Origin: an uncultured Actinomycetes bacterium
Lineage (GTDB): Bacteria > Actinomycetota > UBA4738 > HRBIN12
Assembly (NCBI GenBank): GCA_963785835.1
Contig: CAWAWO010000005.1
Coordinates: 484,657-548,656, forward strand
DNA length: 64,000 nucleotides
Direction: 5' to 3'
The notes under the pieces were generated by a model. The model was not told where the DNA came from, did no database searches, and saw only the letters and a program-made list of their open reading frames with translations. Position numbers and translations under genes: made by a program. How positions within the stretch are numbered: the stretch's first letter is position 1; every line of letters starts with the position of its first letter. This document shows, piece by piece, positions 44,644 to 55,561 of the stretch.

Positions 44644-45512
44644 AGCGCGTCCGGGCCGAGGTGCTGAACGCGCGCAAGCTCGGCGCCTACCACTCGATCA
44701 CGTTGGTCGCCCCCGAGGTCGCCGAACGCGTTCGGCCCGGTCAATTCATCTCGGTCGCGATGCCGGCCGGACGGACGTTCCTGCTCCGACGGCACTTCTC
44801 GGTGCACCAAGCGTCGAAGCGAGGCGGCTGGGCGGGGACCCTCGAGTTCGTGTTCGATCCCCGCGGCCCGGGGACCGGCTGGCTCTCCGAGGTCCGGGCG
44901 CACCGGTTCCTCGACGTCATCGGTCCGCTCGGCAAGCCGTTCGCGTACCCCGCGAAGCTGAACGCCTGCCTGCTCGTGTCCGAGGACCACGGGTCCGCGC
45001 CGCTGTACTTCCTCGCGCAGGAGCTGCGCGAACGAGGCAAGCGCGTCGACATGCTCGTAGGCGCCGAGACGCAGGACCGCGTGTTCAAGCCGATCGAGGC
45101 CAAGCGGCTCGCGGGGTCGATCGTGATCACCACCGACGACGGGAGCCTCGGGGAGCAGGGGAGCGTGCTCGACGCGCTCCCCGAGGTCGTCGAGGCGACG
45201 GGCGCTCAGGTGATCTACGCGGCCGCGCGACGCCCGACGCTGCGCGGCATCGCCGAGTTCTGCGGCGCGCACGGGATCCCCTCTCAGGTGGCGCTTGAGG
45301 AGCAGATGGCGTGCGGCACCGGGCTGTGCTTCGTCTGCACCGTCCCGGTGATCCGCAGGGACGGGTCCGGGTACGACAACCTCCGGGTGTGCACCGAGGG
45401 GCCCGTGTTCAATCCGGCGCGCGTCCTGTGGGAGCTCTGGATGGGCGAGCCGTCACCGATGACGCAGACGCCGCCGGAGGGGTTCCCGGTGGTTCGCTCG
45501 TGGCCGGGATGA
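44640..45512 (+). CDS. pyrK: Dihydroorotate dehydrogenase electron transfer subunit (divergent)
   Basis: PGQF, GPLGKPF, TDDGSLG, 2Fe-2S motif [11 protein letters not shown]...VCTEGPVF. Confidence 0.88.
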   Translation: MKRVRAEVLNARKLGAYHSITLVAPEVAERVRPGQFISVAMPAGRTFLLRRHFSVHQASKRGGWAGTLEFVFDPRGPGTGWLSEVRAHRFLDVIGPLGKPFAYPAKLNACLLVSEDHGSAPLYFLAQELRERGKRVDMLVGAETQDRVFKPIEAKRLAGSIVITTDDGSLGEQGSVLDALPEVVEATGAQVIYAAARRPTLRGIAEFCGAHGIPSQVALEEQMACGTGLCFVCTVPVIRRDGSGYDNLRVCTEGPVFNPARVLWELWMGEPSPMTQTPPEGFPVVRSWPG

Positions 45513-45528
45513 GCGGCTCGGACGCGCG

Positions 45529-46476
45529 ATGAGGCAGACGTTGGCGGTCGACCTCGGCGGGGTGTCGCTCGCGAACCCGGTCCTCGCGGCGTCCGGCTGC
45601 CTGGGGACCGGGTCCGACGTCCCGGGGGGGCTCGTCGACCTCCAGCGGCTCGGCGCCGTCGTGACCCGCAGCCTGACCTACTCGGGATCGAAGGGATGGC
45701 CAACGCCTCGGGCCGCGGAGACCCCTTCGGGGATCGTGTCGGCCGTGGGCACCCAGAACCCGGGTGTCCAGGCGTTCGTCGCCCAGGATCTGCCTCGCTT
45801 CCAGAAGGCAGGGGTCCCGCTGATCGCCTCGGTCGCGGGCTCGAGTCTGGACGAGTACGTGGGTGTGGCCGGCGCCCTCCACCTCCAGCCCGGGATCGTT
45901 GCCCTCGAGGTCTACCTCTCGTGCCCGGACGAGGAACGGGAGGGCGACCCCTTCTACACCCGCATCGAGCGCCTGACCGAGATCGTGGGAGCCGTCGCGA
46001 GGCAGTCCCGGGTGCCGGTGTTCGCGAAACTCCCCGCTTTCGTCCCGGGACTGGTCGAGACAGCGCAGGCCTGCGTCCGGGCCGGAGCCTTCGGGCTGAC
46101 GCTGATCGATGCCGTGCCGGCGCTCGCCGTCGATGCGGAGCGGCTCCGGACGAAGACCGCGATGCCCGTGGGCGGTCTCTCGGGTCCTGCGATCAAGCCG
46201 ATCGCCCTCGCGGCCGTGTATCAGGTCGCTCGAGCGCTGCCGCAGGTGCCGCTGCTGGGGGTCGGAGGCATCACCAACGGTGAGGACGCCGTCGAGTTCC
46301 TGCTCGCCGGCGCGTGGGCGGTCCAGGTCGGAACGGCGCTGCTGGTCAACCCGTCGGCGCACGTCGAGATCGCGAAGGGGATCGTCGAGTACCTCCGCGG
46401 GAAGGGCTTCTCCTCGCCTGCAGACCTGCGAGGCCGACTTCGGGTACCGGGCGGCCAGAACGGGAACGGCGCATGA
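45529..46476 (+). CDS. pyrD: Class 1B dihydroorotate dehydrogenase catalytic subunit (divergent)
   Basis: NPVLAASG, SCP, GGLSGPAIKP, GVGGI, AVQVGTA; position in the pyr operon. Confidence 0.85.
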   Translation: MRQTLAVDLGGVSLANPVLAASGCLGTGSDVPGGLVDLQRLGAVVTRSLTYSGSKGWPTPRAAETPSGIVSAVGTQNPGVQAFVAQDLPRFQKAGVPLIASVAGSSLDEYVGVAGALHLQPGIVALEVYLSCPDEEREGDPFYTRIERLTEIVGAVARQSRVPVFAKLPAFVPGLVETAQACVRAGAFGLTLIDAVPALAVDAERLRTKTAMPVGGLSGPAIKPIALAAVYQVARALPQVPLLGVGGITNGEDAVEFLLAGAWAVQVGTALLVNPSAHVEIAKGIVEYLRGKGFSSPADLRGRLRVPGGQNGNGA

Positions 46477-46501
46477 CCCGTCGGTCGGGACCTTCACGCC
46501 C

Positions 46502-47185
46502 GTGATCCCGCGACCCGAGAATCCGTTGATCGTCGCGCTGGACGTGTCGGACCTGGATGCGGCCGAGGCGCTCGCCCGCGCGCTCGAGGGAACGGTCGGT
46601 CTCTACAAGATCGGGTTGGAGTTGTTCACGGCGAACGGTCCACCGGCGGTGGACCGCGTGCGGTCGCACGGACCTGTGTTCCTCGACCTCAAACTGCACG
46701 ACATCCCCACCACGGTCGGGTTCGCTGCGCGCAACGCCGGCCGGCTCGGCGTCGACATGCTCACCGTGCATTCGCTCGGCGGCGAGGGCATGGTCGCAGC
46801 CGCGGTTCGAGGGGCGGCCGAGGGTGCCGAGACAGGCGGTCACCCGGCTCCCGCGGTCGTGGCCGTCACGGTGCTCTCGAGCCTTGCAGGGGAAGGATTG
46901 GCGTCGCCCGCATCGCTCGCGTTCGAAGCGGTGTCCGCCGGTGCGAGCGGCGTCGTCGTCTCCGGCGACGACGTGTCGGTGGTCCGAGAGGTGGTCGGGG
47001 ACGAGTCGGTGCTCGTCGTCCCCGGCATCCGCCCCGCCGGCTCGAACGGACATGACCAGGTCCGGATCCTCACACCGGAGGAAGCGGTCGAACGCGGTGC
47101 GGACTATCTCGTCGTCGGTCGCGCGATCTCCGGGTCGAGCGATCCGGCGGCCGTCGCGCGCGCGATCCTCGCGAGCGTTCGCTGA
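46502..47185 (+). CDS. pyrF: Orotidine-5'-phosphate decarboxylase
   Basis: LIVALD, KIGLEL, FLDLKLHDIPTTV, PGIRP, VVGRAI. Confidence 0.96.
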   Translation: MIPRPENPLIVALDVSDLDAAEALARALEGTVGLYKIGLELFTANGPPAVDRVRSHGPVFLDLKLHDIPTTVGFAARNAGRLGVDMLTVHSLGGEGMVAAAVRGAAEGAETGGHPAPAVVAVTVLSSLAGEGLASPASLAFEAVSAGASGVVVSGDDVSVVREVVGDESVLVVPGIRPAGSNGHDQVRILTPEEAVERGADYLVVGRAISGSSDPAAVARAILASVR

Positions 47186-47300
47186 GGAGATACCGGCGTG
47201 GAAAACCGCAGGTGGGACGCGATGAGTCGCGTTGATGCCCTCGCGAAGCCGTGACTATACTCGCGGGTTCCCTGGGCCCCTGAGCGAAGGAGCGTCGACC

Positions 47301-47615
47301 ATGCCCCTACCGGTGTTGAGTCCTGAAGATCGGGCGAAGGCCCTCGAGAAGGCCGCCGAAGCGCGGAAGAAGCGGGCCGAGCTCAAGGGTCAGTTGAAGA
47401 CCGGCAACGTGAGCCTGTCCGACGTGCTGACCCGTCAGGACGACGACACGGTCGGCAAGATGAAGGTGTCGGCGGTCCTCGAGGCGCTCCCGGGTGTGGG
47501 GAAGGTCCGGGCGCGCAAGATCATGGAGCGTCTGGACATCTCCGCCAGCCGACGGGTTCGTGGCCTGGGTGCGAAGCAGCGCGAGTCGTTGCTCGCCGAG
47601 TTCGCGAAGAAGTAG
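47301..47615 (+). CDS. mihF: Actinobacterial integration host factor
   Basis: ALEKAAEARKKRAELK, GKMKVSAVLEALPGVGKVRA, RRVRGLG. Confidence 0.95.
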   Translation: MPLPVLSPEDRAKALEKAAEARKKRAELKGQLKTGNVSLSDVLTRQDDDTVGKMKVSAVLEALPGVGKVRARKIMERLDISASRRVRGLGAKQRESLLAEFAKK

Positions 47616-47620
47616 CGGAT

Positions 47621-48214
47621 CTGGCCCGCGGTACGGGCAGGCTCTTCGTCCTCGCCGGGCCCTCCGGGGTCGGCAAGGGCACGGTGGTCCGTCTCGTCCT
47701 TCGTCGACTCCCCGAGCTCGCGATCTCGGTCTCGGTCACGACCCGGGCGCCCCGCTCGTCCGAACGCGAGGGCGTCGACTATCGCTTCGTCTCGGAGGAC
47801 GAGTTCGACCGGATGATGACGGCCGGGGAGCTCCTGGAATGGGCCGAGATCTTCGGACACCGTTCCGGCACGCCCGCCGAACCGATCCGGGCGGCCCGGG
47901 CGGCGGGGACCGACGTCCTGCTGGAGCTCGACGTCCAGGGCGCCCGTCAGGTTCGGCAGGCCGTGCCCGAGGCAGTGCTCGTGCTGCTCGAGCCCCCCTC
48001 GATCGAGGAGCTGGAGCGGCGGTTGCGCTCCCGAGGAACCGAGACCGAGGACCTGCTCGCCCGGCGGCTCTCGAAGGCAGGATGGGAGCTCGGCGAGCGC
48101 GATCTGTTCGACCACGTCGTGGTGAACGACGACTCTGAGGAGGCCGCCAGGGAGGTCGCTGCTATCATCGGGGCGTCTCCCCGGCACCCCACGGAAGGAT
48201 CGACCGACCCATGA
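47621..48214 (+). CDS. gmk: Guanylate kinase (probable non-canonical start)
   Basis: [14 protein letters not shown] lies in frame upstream of the ORF-track start; [20 protein letters not shown]. Confidence 0.93.
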   Translation: MARGTGRLFVLAGPSGVGKGTVVRLVLRRLPELAISVSVTTRAPRSSEREGVDYRFVSEDEFDRMMTAGELLEWAEIFGHRSGTPAEPIRAARAAGTDVLLELDVQGARQVRQAVPEAVLVLLEPPSIEELERRLRSRGTETEDLLARRLSKAGWELGERDLFDHVVVNDDSEEAAREVAAIIGASPRHPTEGSTDP

Positions 48215-48456
48215 TCGAACCCAAGATCGACGAGTTGCTGTCGCAGGTCGACTCGAAGTACACGCTGGTCACCCTGGCGGCCAAGCGCGCCCGGGAGATC
48301 AACTCCTATTACAACCAGCTCGGTGAGGGCAGGGCGGAGTTCGTGCCGCCGCTCGTCGAGTCCGGGCTCCGCAACAAGCCGCTGTCGATCGCCCTGGAGG
48401 AGATCGCCGAGGGCAAGATCAACGCGGAGCGCCCCGAGGGCGTCGGCATCAAGTAG
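48211..48456 (+). CDS. rpoZ: RNA polymerase omega subunit
   Basis: [28 protein letters not shown]. Confidence 0.96.
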   Translation: MIEPKIDELLSQVDSKYTLVTLAAKRAREINSYYNQLGEGRAEFVPPLVESGLRNKPLSIALEEIAEGKINAERPEGVGIK

Positions 48457-48488
48457 ACGCAGCGGCAACCCCTGAGGAGGGGAGGGAC

Positions 48489-49712
48489 GTGGCGACGAGC
48501 GAGCGTTCCGTCCTGAGCGGCCGGCGCGTGCTGCTCGGCGTCACGGGAGGGATCGCCGCCTACAAGGCCTGCATCCTCACGCGGCTCCTTCGGTTGAAAG
48601 GAGCGTCCGTCCGCGTCGTGATGACGCGCTCGGCCGAACGGTTCGTCGGCGCGGCCACGTTCGCCGCGTTGTCCGATCACCGCGTATACACGGATCTGTG
48701 GGAAGAACCGGGCACCGTCCTGCACGTGCGGTTGGCGCACGAGGCCGACATCGCGGTCATCGCGCCGGCCACCGCGAACCTCATCGCCAAGCTGGCCCGC
48801 GGGTTCGCCGACGACCTGCTGAGCGCCACGATGCTCGAGTTCGCGGGGCCGGTGGTCGTGGCGCCCGCCATGCACACGGGGATGTGGGAGCACCCGGCCA
48901 CCCGGCGGAACGTGCGGATGCTCGAGGAGCTGTACTCGGCGCGCGGCTTGCGGTTCGCGGGGCCGGTCAGTGGACCGCTCGCGGCCGGGGACGAGGGACC
49001 GGGCCGGATGGCCGAACCCGACGCGATCCTCGCCGAGATCGAGGACGTCCTGGCCGAGCGAGGCGATCTCGCCGGACGACGGATCGTCGTCACGGCTGGC
49101 CCCACGTGGGAGCCGATCGATCCCGTGCGGTTCGTCGGCAACCGCTCGACGGGCAAGATGGGGTTCGCCGTCGCCGAGGAGGCGTTCGGGCGGGGCGCGC
49201 ACGTGACGCTCGTCGTGGGGCCGGGAACCGTCGAACCGCCGGAGGGCCTCGACGTGGTGCGGGTCTCCACCGCGGAAGAGATGCGCGACGCCGTGCTGCG
49301 AGCCTTGGAGGACGCGGACGCGGTCGTCATGGCCGCCGCGGTCGCGGATTTCCGTCCGGAAGCAGCCGTGGGGGACAAGCTGAAGAAGGACGAGGGCCCT
49401 CCGGAGGTTCGGCTGGTGCCCACGCCCGACATCCTTGCCGAGCTCGGGGCGTCGCCCGGGGAGCGGGTGCTCGTCGGGTTCGCCGCCGAGACCGCGGACG
49501 TCGAGGCGGCGGGACGGCAGAAGCTCCTGAGCAAGGGCGTGGATCTCCTCGTGGCGAACGAGGTCGGACGCGAGGGCACGGGGTTCGGCTCGGACACGAA
49601 CCGGGCCGCGATCCTGGCCGCCGACGGACAGGACGAACCGATCCGGGACTGGTCGAAACGCGAGCTCGCCTCGGCGATCTGCGACCGCCTCGCCAAACTG
49701 CTCACCCGCTGA
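48489..49712 (+). CDS. coaBC: Phosphopantothenoylcysteine decarboxylase/synthetase
   Basis: GVTGGIAAYK, APATAN, TAGPTWEPIDPVRFVGNRSTGKMG, VGFAAET. Confidence 0.97.
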   Translation: MATSERSVLSGRRVLLGVTGGIAAYKACILTRLLRLKGASVRVVMTRSAERFVGAATFAALSDHRVYTDLWEEPGTVLHVRLAHEADIAVIAPATANLIAKLARGFADDLLSATMLEFAGPVVVAPAMHTGMWEHPATRRNVRMLEELYSARGLRFAGPVSGPLAAGDEGPGRMAEPDAILAEIEDVLAERGDLAGRRIVVTAGPTWEPIDPVRFVGNRSTGKMGFAVAEEAFGRGAHVTLVVGPGTVEPPEGLDVVRVSTAEEMRDAVLRALEDADAVVMAAAVADFRPEAAVGDKLKKDEGPPEVRLVPTPDILAELGASPGERVLVGFAAETADVEAAGRQKLLSKGVDLLVANEVGREGTGFGSDTNRAAILAADGQDEPIRDWSKRELASAICDRLAKLLTR

Positions 49713-49769
49713 GGACCGCTGACCGCACCGCGGAAGAGCGTCGCGGGCCACTGCTATGCTCGGCCGGCG

Positions 49770-50957
49770 ATGAGCCAGCCGTACCTGTTCACCTCCGAAT
49801 CCGTCACCGAGGGGCATCCCGACAAGCTCGCCGATCGGATCTCCGATGCGGTGCTGGACGCGATCATGTCGGTCGATCCCGACGGCCGAGTGGCGTGCGA
49901 GACGCTCGTCACGACGGGCCTCGTCATGGTGGCCGGCGAGATCTCGACCTCGGAGTACATCGACATCCCCGCCGCCGTGCGTCGAACGGTCACCGAGATC
50001 GGCTACACGGACGCGAACTTCGGCATCGACGGCGACACGTGCGGCGTGATCACCTCGATCCAGGAGCAGTCCGCCGACATCGCGCGCGGCGTCGACGACT
50101 CGCTCGAGCATCGCGAGGGCCATTCGTCCGACGCGCTGGACCTGCTCGGCGCGGGCGACCAGGGGATGATGTTCGGCTTCGCGTGCCGGGAGACCGACGA
50201 GCTCATGCCGCTCCCGATCGCCATGGCGCACCGGCTCGCCAAACGACTCGCCGACGTCCGCAAGGCGGGCGTCGTTCCGTACCTTCGGCCAGACGGCAAG
50301 AGCCAGGTCTCGGTCGAGTACGAAGGCACCACTCCGCGCCGCGTCCACACGGTGCTCATCAGCGCGCAGCACCGGGAGGAGGTGGACGTCGAGACACTCC
50401 TCGCGCCCGACGTGCGGTCCGAGGTGATCGATCCCGTGCTGCGGGAGTTCGACCTCGACGCCGAGGGCGTGCGGATACTCGTGAACCCGACCGGCCGGTT
50501 CGAGATCGGCGGCCCGAAGGCCGACACGGGACTCACCGGCCGGAAGATCATGGTCGACAGCTACGGAGGGATGGCGCCCCACGGCGGAGGATGCTTCTCG
50601 GGCAAGGACCCGACCAAGGTCGACCGCTCCGCCGCGTACATGGCCCGGTACGTGGCCAAGAACCTCGTGGCCGCCGGCGTCGCCGACCGCGTGCAGATCC
50701 AGGTGGCGTACGCGATCGGGACGGCGCATCCGCTCTCGCTCGCCGTCGACACCTTCGGAACGGAACAGGTCGACCCAGCGACCATCGTCGACGCGGTGTG
50801 GGAGGCGTTCGACTTCCGCCCCGCGGCGATCATCCGCGACCTGGACCTGCGTCGCCCGATCTACGAAGACACCGCGGCCTACGGTCACTTCGGCCGCAAG
50901 GAGTTCCCCTGGGAGGCGACCGACCGCGCGGATGAGCTCCGCCGCGCGTTCGGCTGA
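49770..50957 (+). CDS. metK: S-adenosylmethionine synthetase
   Basis: [36 protein letters not shown]. Confidence 0.98.
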   Translation: MSQPYLFTSESVTEGHPDKLADRISDAVLDAIMSVDPDGRVACETLVTTGLVMVAGEISTSEYIDIPAAVRRTVTEIGYTDANFGIDGDTCGVITSIQEQSADIARGVDDSLEHREGHSSDALDLLGAGDQGMMFGFACRETDELMPLPIAMAHRLAKRLADVRKAGVVPYLRPDGKSQVSVEYEGTTPRRVHTVLISAQHREEVDVETLLAPDVRSEVIDPVLREFDLDAEGVRILVNPTGRFEIGGPKADTGLTGRKIMVDSYGGMAPHGGGCFSGKDPTKVDRSAAYMARYVAKNLVAAGVADRVQIQVAYAIGTAHPLSLAVDTFGTEQVDPATIVDAVWEAFDFRPAAIIRDLDLRRPIYEDTAAYGHFGRKEFPWEATDRADELRRAFG

Positions 50958-52761
50958 CGCCGGGACGACGCCGAGCGGCCGGCCGCTTTCGGGCCCGGTC
51001 TCGGTATGCATCGACCGGCCCGTGCTCTCGCTCGACCGGCCGTTCACGTACGAGCTGTCCGAGGATCTCGAGGCCGGCATCGGCTCGCTCGTGCAGGTTC
51101 CGTTCCACGGCCGACTCGTTCGAGGCTGGGTCCTGGGGCCGACCGACGACGTGCCGGCCCGGATGTCGAACATCAAGAAGACCGTGTCGCCCGTCCGGTT
51201 CTTCGACGCGACGATGCTCGAGCTCTATCGCTGGATCGGCGAACGCTACCTCGCGCCGCTGGCCTCGGTGATCGGTCGCTCGGTCCCGCCCCGGGTCGCC
51301 TCGGAGGAAGCGGTCGCTTCGCAGGACCCGCGTCCACCGTTCGACGACGCGGGTCGAGAGCCGGTCGTTCTGCCCGGCTATCGGAACGGTCCGGCGTTGC
51401 TGGCCGCGGCCGGTGAGGCCGACGGGTGCTTCGTGCTCCGGCCGGCGCCGGCCGACGAGTCGGCGGCCGCCGTCGAATGCGTCGGGGCTTCGCTCGCCCG
51501 GCGGCGCGAAGCCATCGTGCTCGTCCCCGAAGCCGACCCGCTCCCCGCGACCGCGGCCGCGATCCGGGAGGCCTTCGGCGGCGACGTCGCGCTGTTCCTC
51601 GGCGGCGACAAGCGCGCGCGCTATCGGATGTGGCTGGACATCGCCGCCGGCAGGTACCGCGTGGTCGTGGGGACACGCCCCGCAGTGTTCGCGCCTCTCT
51701 CCGACGTCGGGGTCGTGTACGTCCATCGGGAGGGGCACAGCCAGCACCGGGAGGAGCGCTCGCCCTACTACCACGTCCGCGACGTCGCGCGGGAGCGCGC
51801 TCGGATCGACGGCGCGGTCTGCGTCCTGAGCGCGTTCTGTCCCTCGCTCGAGTCCTCGACGTTCGAACACACGGAGGTCGAGCCCCCGGGCAGGGCGTGG
51901 GCGCCCGTCGAGGTCGTGAAACCGGGTCCCGAGGGCAGGTCGGCGCGGCTCGTCCGCGCGCTTCGAGAGGCTCGTGGCGCGTTCCTGTACGAACCCGTTC
52001 CCGGCTACGGGATCGCTCGCGTGTGCCGCGCGTGCGGCGAGGCGGCGGCGTGCGCGTCGTGTCGAGGAGCGATCCGCATACAAGAAGGGCGGGCCCGCTG
52101 CACCGTGTGCGAGGCGCCAGGCCGCTGTTCGTCGTGCGGCGCCTCGGCCTTCGGCATCGCCCGAGGGGGCGCCGAACGCGTGCACGAGTGGGCCCGAGGC
52201 GTGACGTCCGTACGCGTGTCGCATGCGCCGAGGGGATCCGCCTCCCAGCCGAGGAAGGACGAGGTCCTGGTCGGAGGTCTGGAGGTGCTGAAGGACGTGG
52301 GGACGCCCGGTTTGGATCTCGTCGGGATCCTGAGCGCCGACGCGTCGCTGCGCCGGCCCGGGCTGTCGGCGCGGGAGCGAACGGTCGTCGCCTGGTTCGA
52401 AGCGGCGGCATGGGCTCGCCCCGACGGCCGTGTCATCGTCCAGACGACCGCATCGAACGATCCTGCGATCCAGGCGCTCGTGATGGCGCGACCGGATCGG
52501 TTCCACCGCTCCGAGGCCACACGGCGAGCCGATGCTGGGTTCCCCGCCGGGGCTCCGGTCTTCCGCGTCGCGGGGACGGGCGAACTCGAGTCGGCGTTGG
52601 AAGCCCTCCCGCACCACACGTTGCTGAGCACGTCCGCGGATGAGGCGACGGTATGCTTGCTCTCCCTCGACCCGTCCGACCTCCCCGCGTTCGGTCGCGC
52701 CGTGCGACACCTCGCCGAACGCGGTGTCGCGACCCGGGTCGAGGCCGAGCCGCATCTGTAG
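50932..52761 (+). CDS. priA: Primosomal protein N' (degenerate helicase motifs); start uncertain
   Basis: [28 protein letters not shown], four CxxC pairs, VIVQT. Confidence 0.88.
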   Translation: MSSAARSADAGTTPSGRPLSGPVSVCIDRPVLSLDRPFTYELSEDLEAGIGSLVQVPFHGRLVRGWVLGPTDDVPARMSNIKKTVSPVRFFDATMLELYRWIGERYLAPLASVIGRSVPPRVASEEAVASQDPRPPFDDAGREPVVLPGYRNGPALLAAAGEADGCFVLRPAPADESAAAVECVGASLARRREAIVLVPEADPLPATAAAIREAFGGDVALFLGGDKRARYRMWLDIAAGRYRVVVGTRPAVFAPLSDVGVVYVHREGHSQHREERSPYYHVRDVARERARIDGAVCVLSAFCPSLESSTFEHTEVEPPGRAWAPVEVVKPGPEGRSARLVRALREARGAFLYEPVPGYGIARVCRACGEAAACASCRGAIRIQEGRARCTVCEAPGRCSSCGASAFGIARGGAERVHEWARGVTSVRVSHAPRGSASQPRKDEVLVGGLEVLKDVGTPGLDLVGILSADASLRRPGLSARERTVVAWFEAAAWARPDGRVIVQTTASNDPAIQALVMARPDRFHRSEATRRADAGFPAGAPVFRVAGTGELESALEALPHHTLLSTSADEATVCLLSLDPSDLPAFGRAVRHLAERGVATRVEAEPHL

Positions 52762-52771
52762 GAGGACCACG

Positions 52772-53275
52772 GTGACGGTGCTGCCCATCAGGACGTTGGG
52801 GGACCCGGTGCTCCGCGAACGCGCGACACGGGTCGAGACGTTCGACGCCGCGCTCCGCCGGCTCGCGGAGGACATGATCGAGACGATGCACGCCGCTCCC
52901 GGCGTCGGTCTGGCCGCGAACCAGGTCGGGCTGCGGCTCGCGTGCTTCGTCTACGACGACCGCGACGGCCATGCGGGGTTCGTCGCGAACCCCGAGCTGT
53001 CGGCGTTCGAGGACGAGGAGACGATCGACGAGGGATGTCTTTCGGTCCCCGGCCCCTACCACCCCACGAGTCGCGCGTTGCGGGTCCGTCTCGCTGGGGT
53101 GGACCTCGATGGCAAGGCGGTGGACGTACGGGCAGAGGGACTGCTCGCCCGCATCTTCCAACACGAGACCGATCACCTGAAAGGCATGCTGTACCTCGAC
53201 CGGCTGAACGACGAGGGCCGGCGCGACGTGATGCGCCAGCTCCGTGAGCTCGAGGTGGAACGCTCGGAGCGCTGA
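52772..53275 (+). CDS. def: Peptide deformylase
   Basis: GVGLAANQVG, EGCLS, QHETDHLKG. Confidence 0.97.
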   Translation: MTVLPIRTLGDPVLRERATRVETFDAALRRLAEDMIETMHAAPGVGLAANQVGLRLACFVYDDRDGHAGFVANPELSAFEDEETIDEGCLSVPGPYHPTSRALRVRLAGVDLDGKAVDVRAEGLLARIFQHETDHLKGMLYLDRLNDEGRRDVMRQLRELEVERSER

Positions 53276-53327
53276 ACGAGACGAGCGGCAGGCCGAGCCG
53301 TTCGCCCGGCCACGTATCCTCGGGCGC

Positions 53328-54257
53328 GTGGCTCTCCGCGTCACGTTCCTCGGCAACGATCGATGGTCCGTACCGTCGCTGCGCGCGCTCGTTGGATCGG
53401 ACCACGACGTCGTCGCTGCGGTGACCGCGGCGCCCAAGCCGGCTGGGCGAGGGAGCCGGCTCACCCCGACGCCGGTCGCCGAGGCCGCGCAGGCGCTCGA
53501 GCTCCCGCTCCTCGAGGTCGAGACGGTGCGATCGGATCCGGGGCTCTCGTCGCTCGTGTCCACTCAGCCCGACGTCCTCGCCGTGGTCGCCTACGGTGAG
53601 CTCCTGCCGCCCGCAGTCCTCGCCCTGCCGAGGATCGCTCCCGTCAACCTGCACTTCTCGCTGCTTCCGAAGCTGCGGGGTGCGAGCCCGGTTCAGACCG
53701 CCCTGCTCCTCGGCCTCGAGGAGACGGGGGTCTCGACGATCGTGATGGACGAAGGGCTGGACACGGGGCCGGTGATCCTGCAGCGTGGCGAGCCGATCGA
53801 ACCGGCCGACGATGCGGGATCCCTCGGGGATCGGCTCGCCACGCTCGGCGCGCAGGTCCTGGTCGAGTCGATCGATCTGCTCGCCTCCGGTCGTGCGAGC
53901 CCAATGCCGCAGGACGAGGCGCTCGCGACCTACGCGCGTCGGCTCGGAACCGAGGATCGCCTCCTCGACTGGTCGAACGATGCGGGCGACCTCGTGAACC
54001 GGTGTCGAGCGCTCTCCCCGGAGCCGGCCGCGACCACCACGTTCCGCGGCAAGGACCTCAAGGTCTTCCGGGCCGCCGACGCGTCTGCCGACGGCGAACC
54101 GGGCACGGTCGTCGAGGTCGGCCGAGACGGGTTCGTCGTCGCGACGGCGGGAGGAGGGTTCCGCCCGCTCGAGCTCGCCCCCGCGGGCGGTCGCCGGATG
54201 AGCGCCACGGATTTCGTGAACGGGTATCGGCCGTCCGTCGGCGAGCGCCTCGGGTGA
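53328..54257 (+). CDS. fmt: Methionyl-tRNA formyltransferase
   Basis: VVAYG, NLHFSLLPKLRGASP, MDEGLDTGP. Confidence 0.96.
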   Translation: MALRVTFLGNDRWSVPSLRALVGSDHDVVAAVTAAPKPAGRGSRLTPTPVAEAAQALELPLLEVETVRSDPGLSSLVSTQPDVLAVVAYGELLPPAVLALPRIAPVNLHFSLLPKLRGASPVQTALLLGLEETGVSTIVMDEGLDTGPVILQRGEPIEPADDAGSLGDRLATLGAQVLVESIDLLASGRASPMPQDEALATYARRLGTEDRLLDWSNDAGDLVNRCRALSPEPAATTTFRGKDLKVFRAADASADGEPGTVVEVGRDGFVVATAGGGFRPLELAPAGGRRMSATDFVNGYRPSVGERLG

Positions 54258-55552
54258 GCGTCACCACTTCGGCGCGCGCCGTCGCGCTCGACGTGGTGCG
54301 CCGCGTCACCGATGAGGGCGCGTATTCCAACCTCGCGCTCCGACGCTCGCTCGAACGCGCGGGCCTGTCCGATCGCGACGCCGCCTTCGCCACCGAGCTC
54401 GCGTACGGGACGCTCCGGCGTCTGGTCCCGATCGATCACGAACTCGGGCCGCTGCTCGAACGTCCCCTCGACACGGCGCCGAAGGGGGCACGTGCCGCGC
54501 TCCGGTTGGGCGCGTACCAGATCCGGTACACGCGGGTGCCCGCGCACGCCGCCGTCTCCGAGACGGTCTCGCTCGTGGACCGTCGCCACCGCGGGTTCGT
54601 CAACGCGGTGCTCCGCCGGCTGACGACGGAGCCGGCAGGTGCGGTCGAGGGCTCGGCGGACGATCCGATCTCCGTCCGCACGGGCTTGTCCGAGTGGGCG
54701 GTGCGCGAGCTCCGTCGTCTCGTGCCCGAGGAGGTCGAGGCGGCCGCGGCAGCGCTCGGGGAACGAGCGCGGATCGCCGTCCGGACGAACGCGTGCCGAA
54801 CCTCGATCGAGGAGCTGGAGCGCGAGCTCGCCCGGGCCGGGGTCGGCGCCGAGCGCGGCGAGCTCCACCCGGAGTCGCTGCTCGTCGACGCGGGCGACCC
54901 GGCGTCGTTCCCGCGCTTCGACGAGGGATGGTTCGCGGTGCAGGATCAAGCATCCTCGTTCGTCGGGGCCGCCCTCGACGTTCGGCCGGGAGACCGCGTC
55001 TTGGACGTCTGCGCGGGACCAGGCGGGAAGGCGGCGCAGCTCGCATGCCTGGCCGGCGACGGGAACCTCGTGGCCGCGGACGTCTCGCCGGTGCGGCTGT
55101 CGCTCGTTCGCGGTGCGCTGGGACGACTCGGCGTCTCCGCCCGACTCGTCGTCCAGGACGGACGGCGCCCCGCGATGAGCGGCGGCTTCGACCGCGTGCT
55201 CGTGGACGCACCGTGCTCGGGCATCGGCTCGGCGCGTCGGCGGCCCGAGCTCCTCTGGCGGGTCCGCCGGGACGAGCTCTCCGGCTTGGCGCGGCTGCAG
55301 GTGGGCATCGCGACCGCCGCGGCGGGTCTCCTCGCCCCGGGCGGGCGTCTCGTCTACAGCGTCTGCACGTTCCCGCGCGCCGAGACCGACGCGGCGTGCG
55401 ACGCGCTGCTGCGACGGGCTCCCGAACTCGAGCCCGTCTCGATGGAGGGACCCGACGGCGCGGCCGAACGCGTGCGCTTGTGGCCGCACCGGCACGGGTG
55501 CGACGCGATGTTCGTCGCGGCGTTCCGCAGGCGCGAACGGACCCGCGACTAG
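54254..55552 (+). CDS. rsmB: 16S rRNA m5C967 methyltransferase RsmB
   Basis: NusB-like N-terminus, VQDQASS, LDVCAGPGGK, DAPCSGIG, YSVCT. Confidence 0.94.
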   Translation: MSVTTSARAVALDVVRRVTDEGAYSNLALRRSLERAGLSDRDAAFATELAYGTLRRLVPIDHELGPLLERPLDTAPKGARAALRLGAYQIRYTRVPAHAAVSETVSLVDRRHRGFVNAVLRRLTTEPAGAVEGSADDPISVRTGLSEWAVRELRRLVPEEVEAAAAALGERARIAVRTNACRTSIEELERELARAGVGAERGELHPESLLVDAGDPASFPRFDEGWFAVQDQASSFVGAALDVRPGDRVLDVCAGPGGKAAQLACLAGDGNLVAADVSPVRLSLVRGALGRLGVSARLVVQDGRRPAMSGGFDRVLVDAPCSGIGSARRRPELLWRVRRDELSGLARLQVGIATAAAGLLAPGGRLVYSVCTFPRAETDAACDALLRRAPELEPVSMEGPDGAAERVRLWPHRHGCDAMFVAAFRRRERTRD

Positions 55553-55561
55553 GATGCGAGG

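Noticed and set aside
41197-45512. Very long antisense and alternate-frame ORFs (1046 aa, 1178 aa and similar across the window)
   Set aside because: Shadow ORFs expected from high-GC codon bias. They are Arg/Ala/Pro-rich without motifs and overlap clear housekeeping genes; only the 3' end of the 1178-aa ORF is real (pyrK).
50932-52761. PriA lacking Walker A/B motifs as a novelty
   Set aside because: Degenerate helicase motifs are a known trait of actinobacterial PriA.
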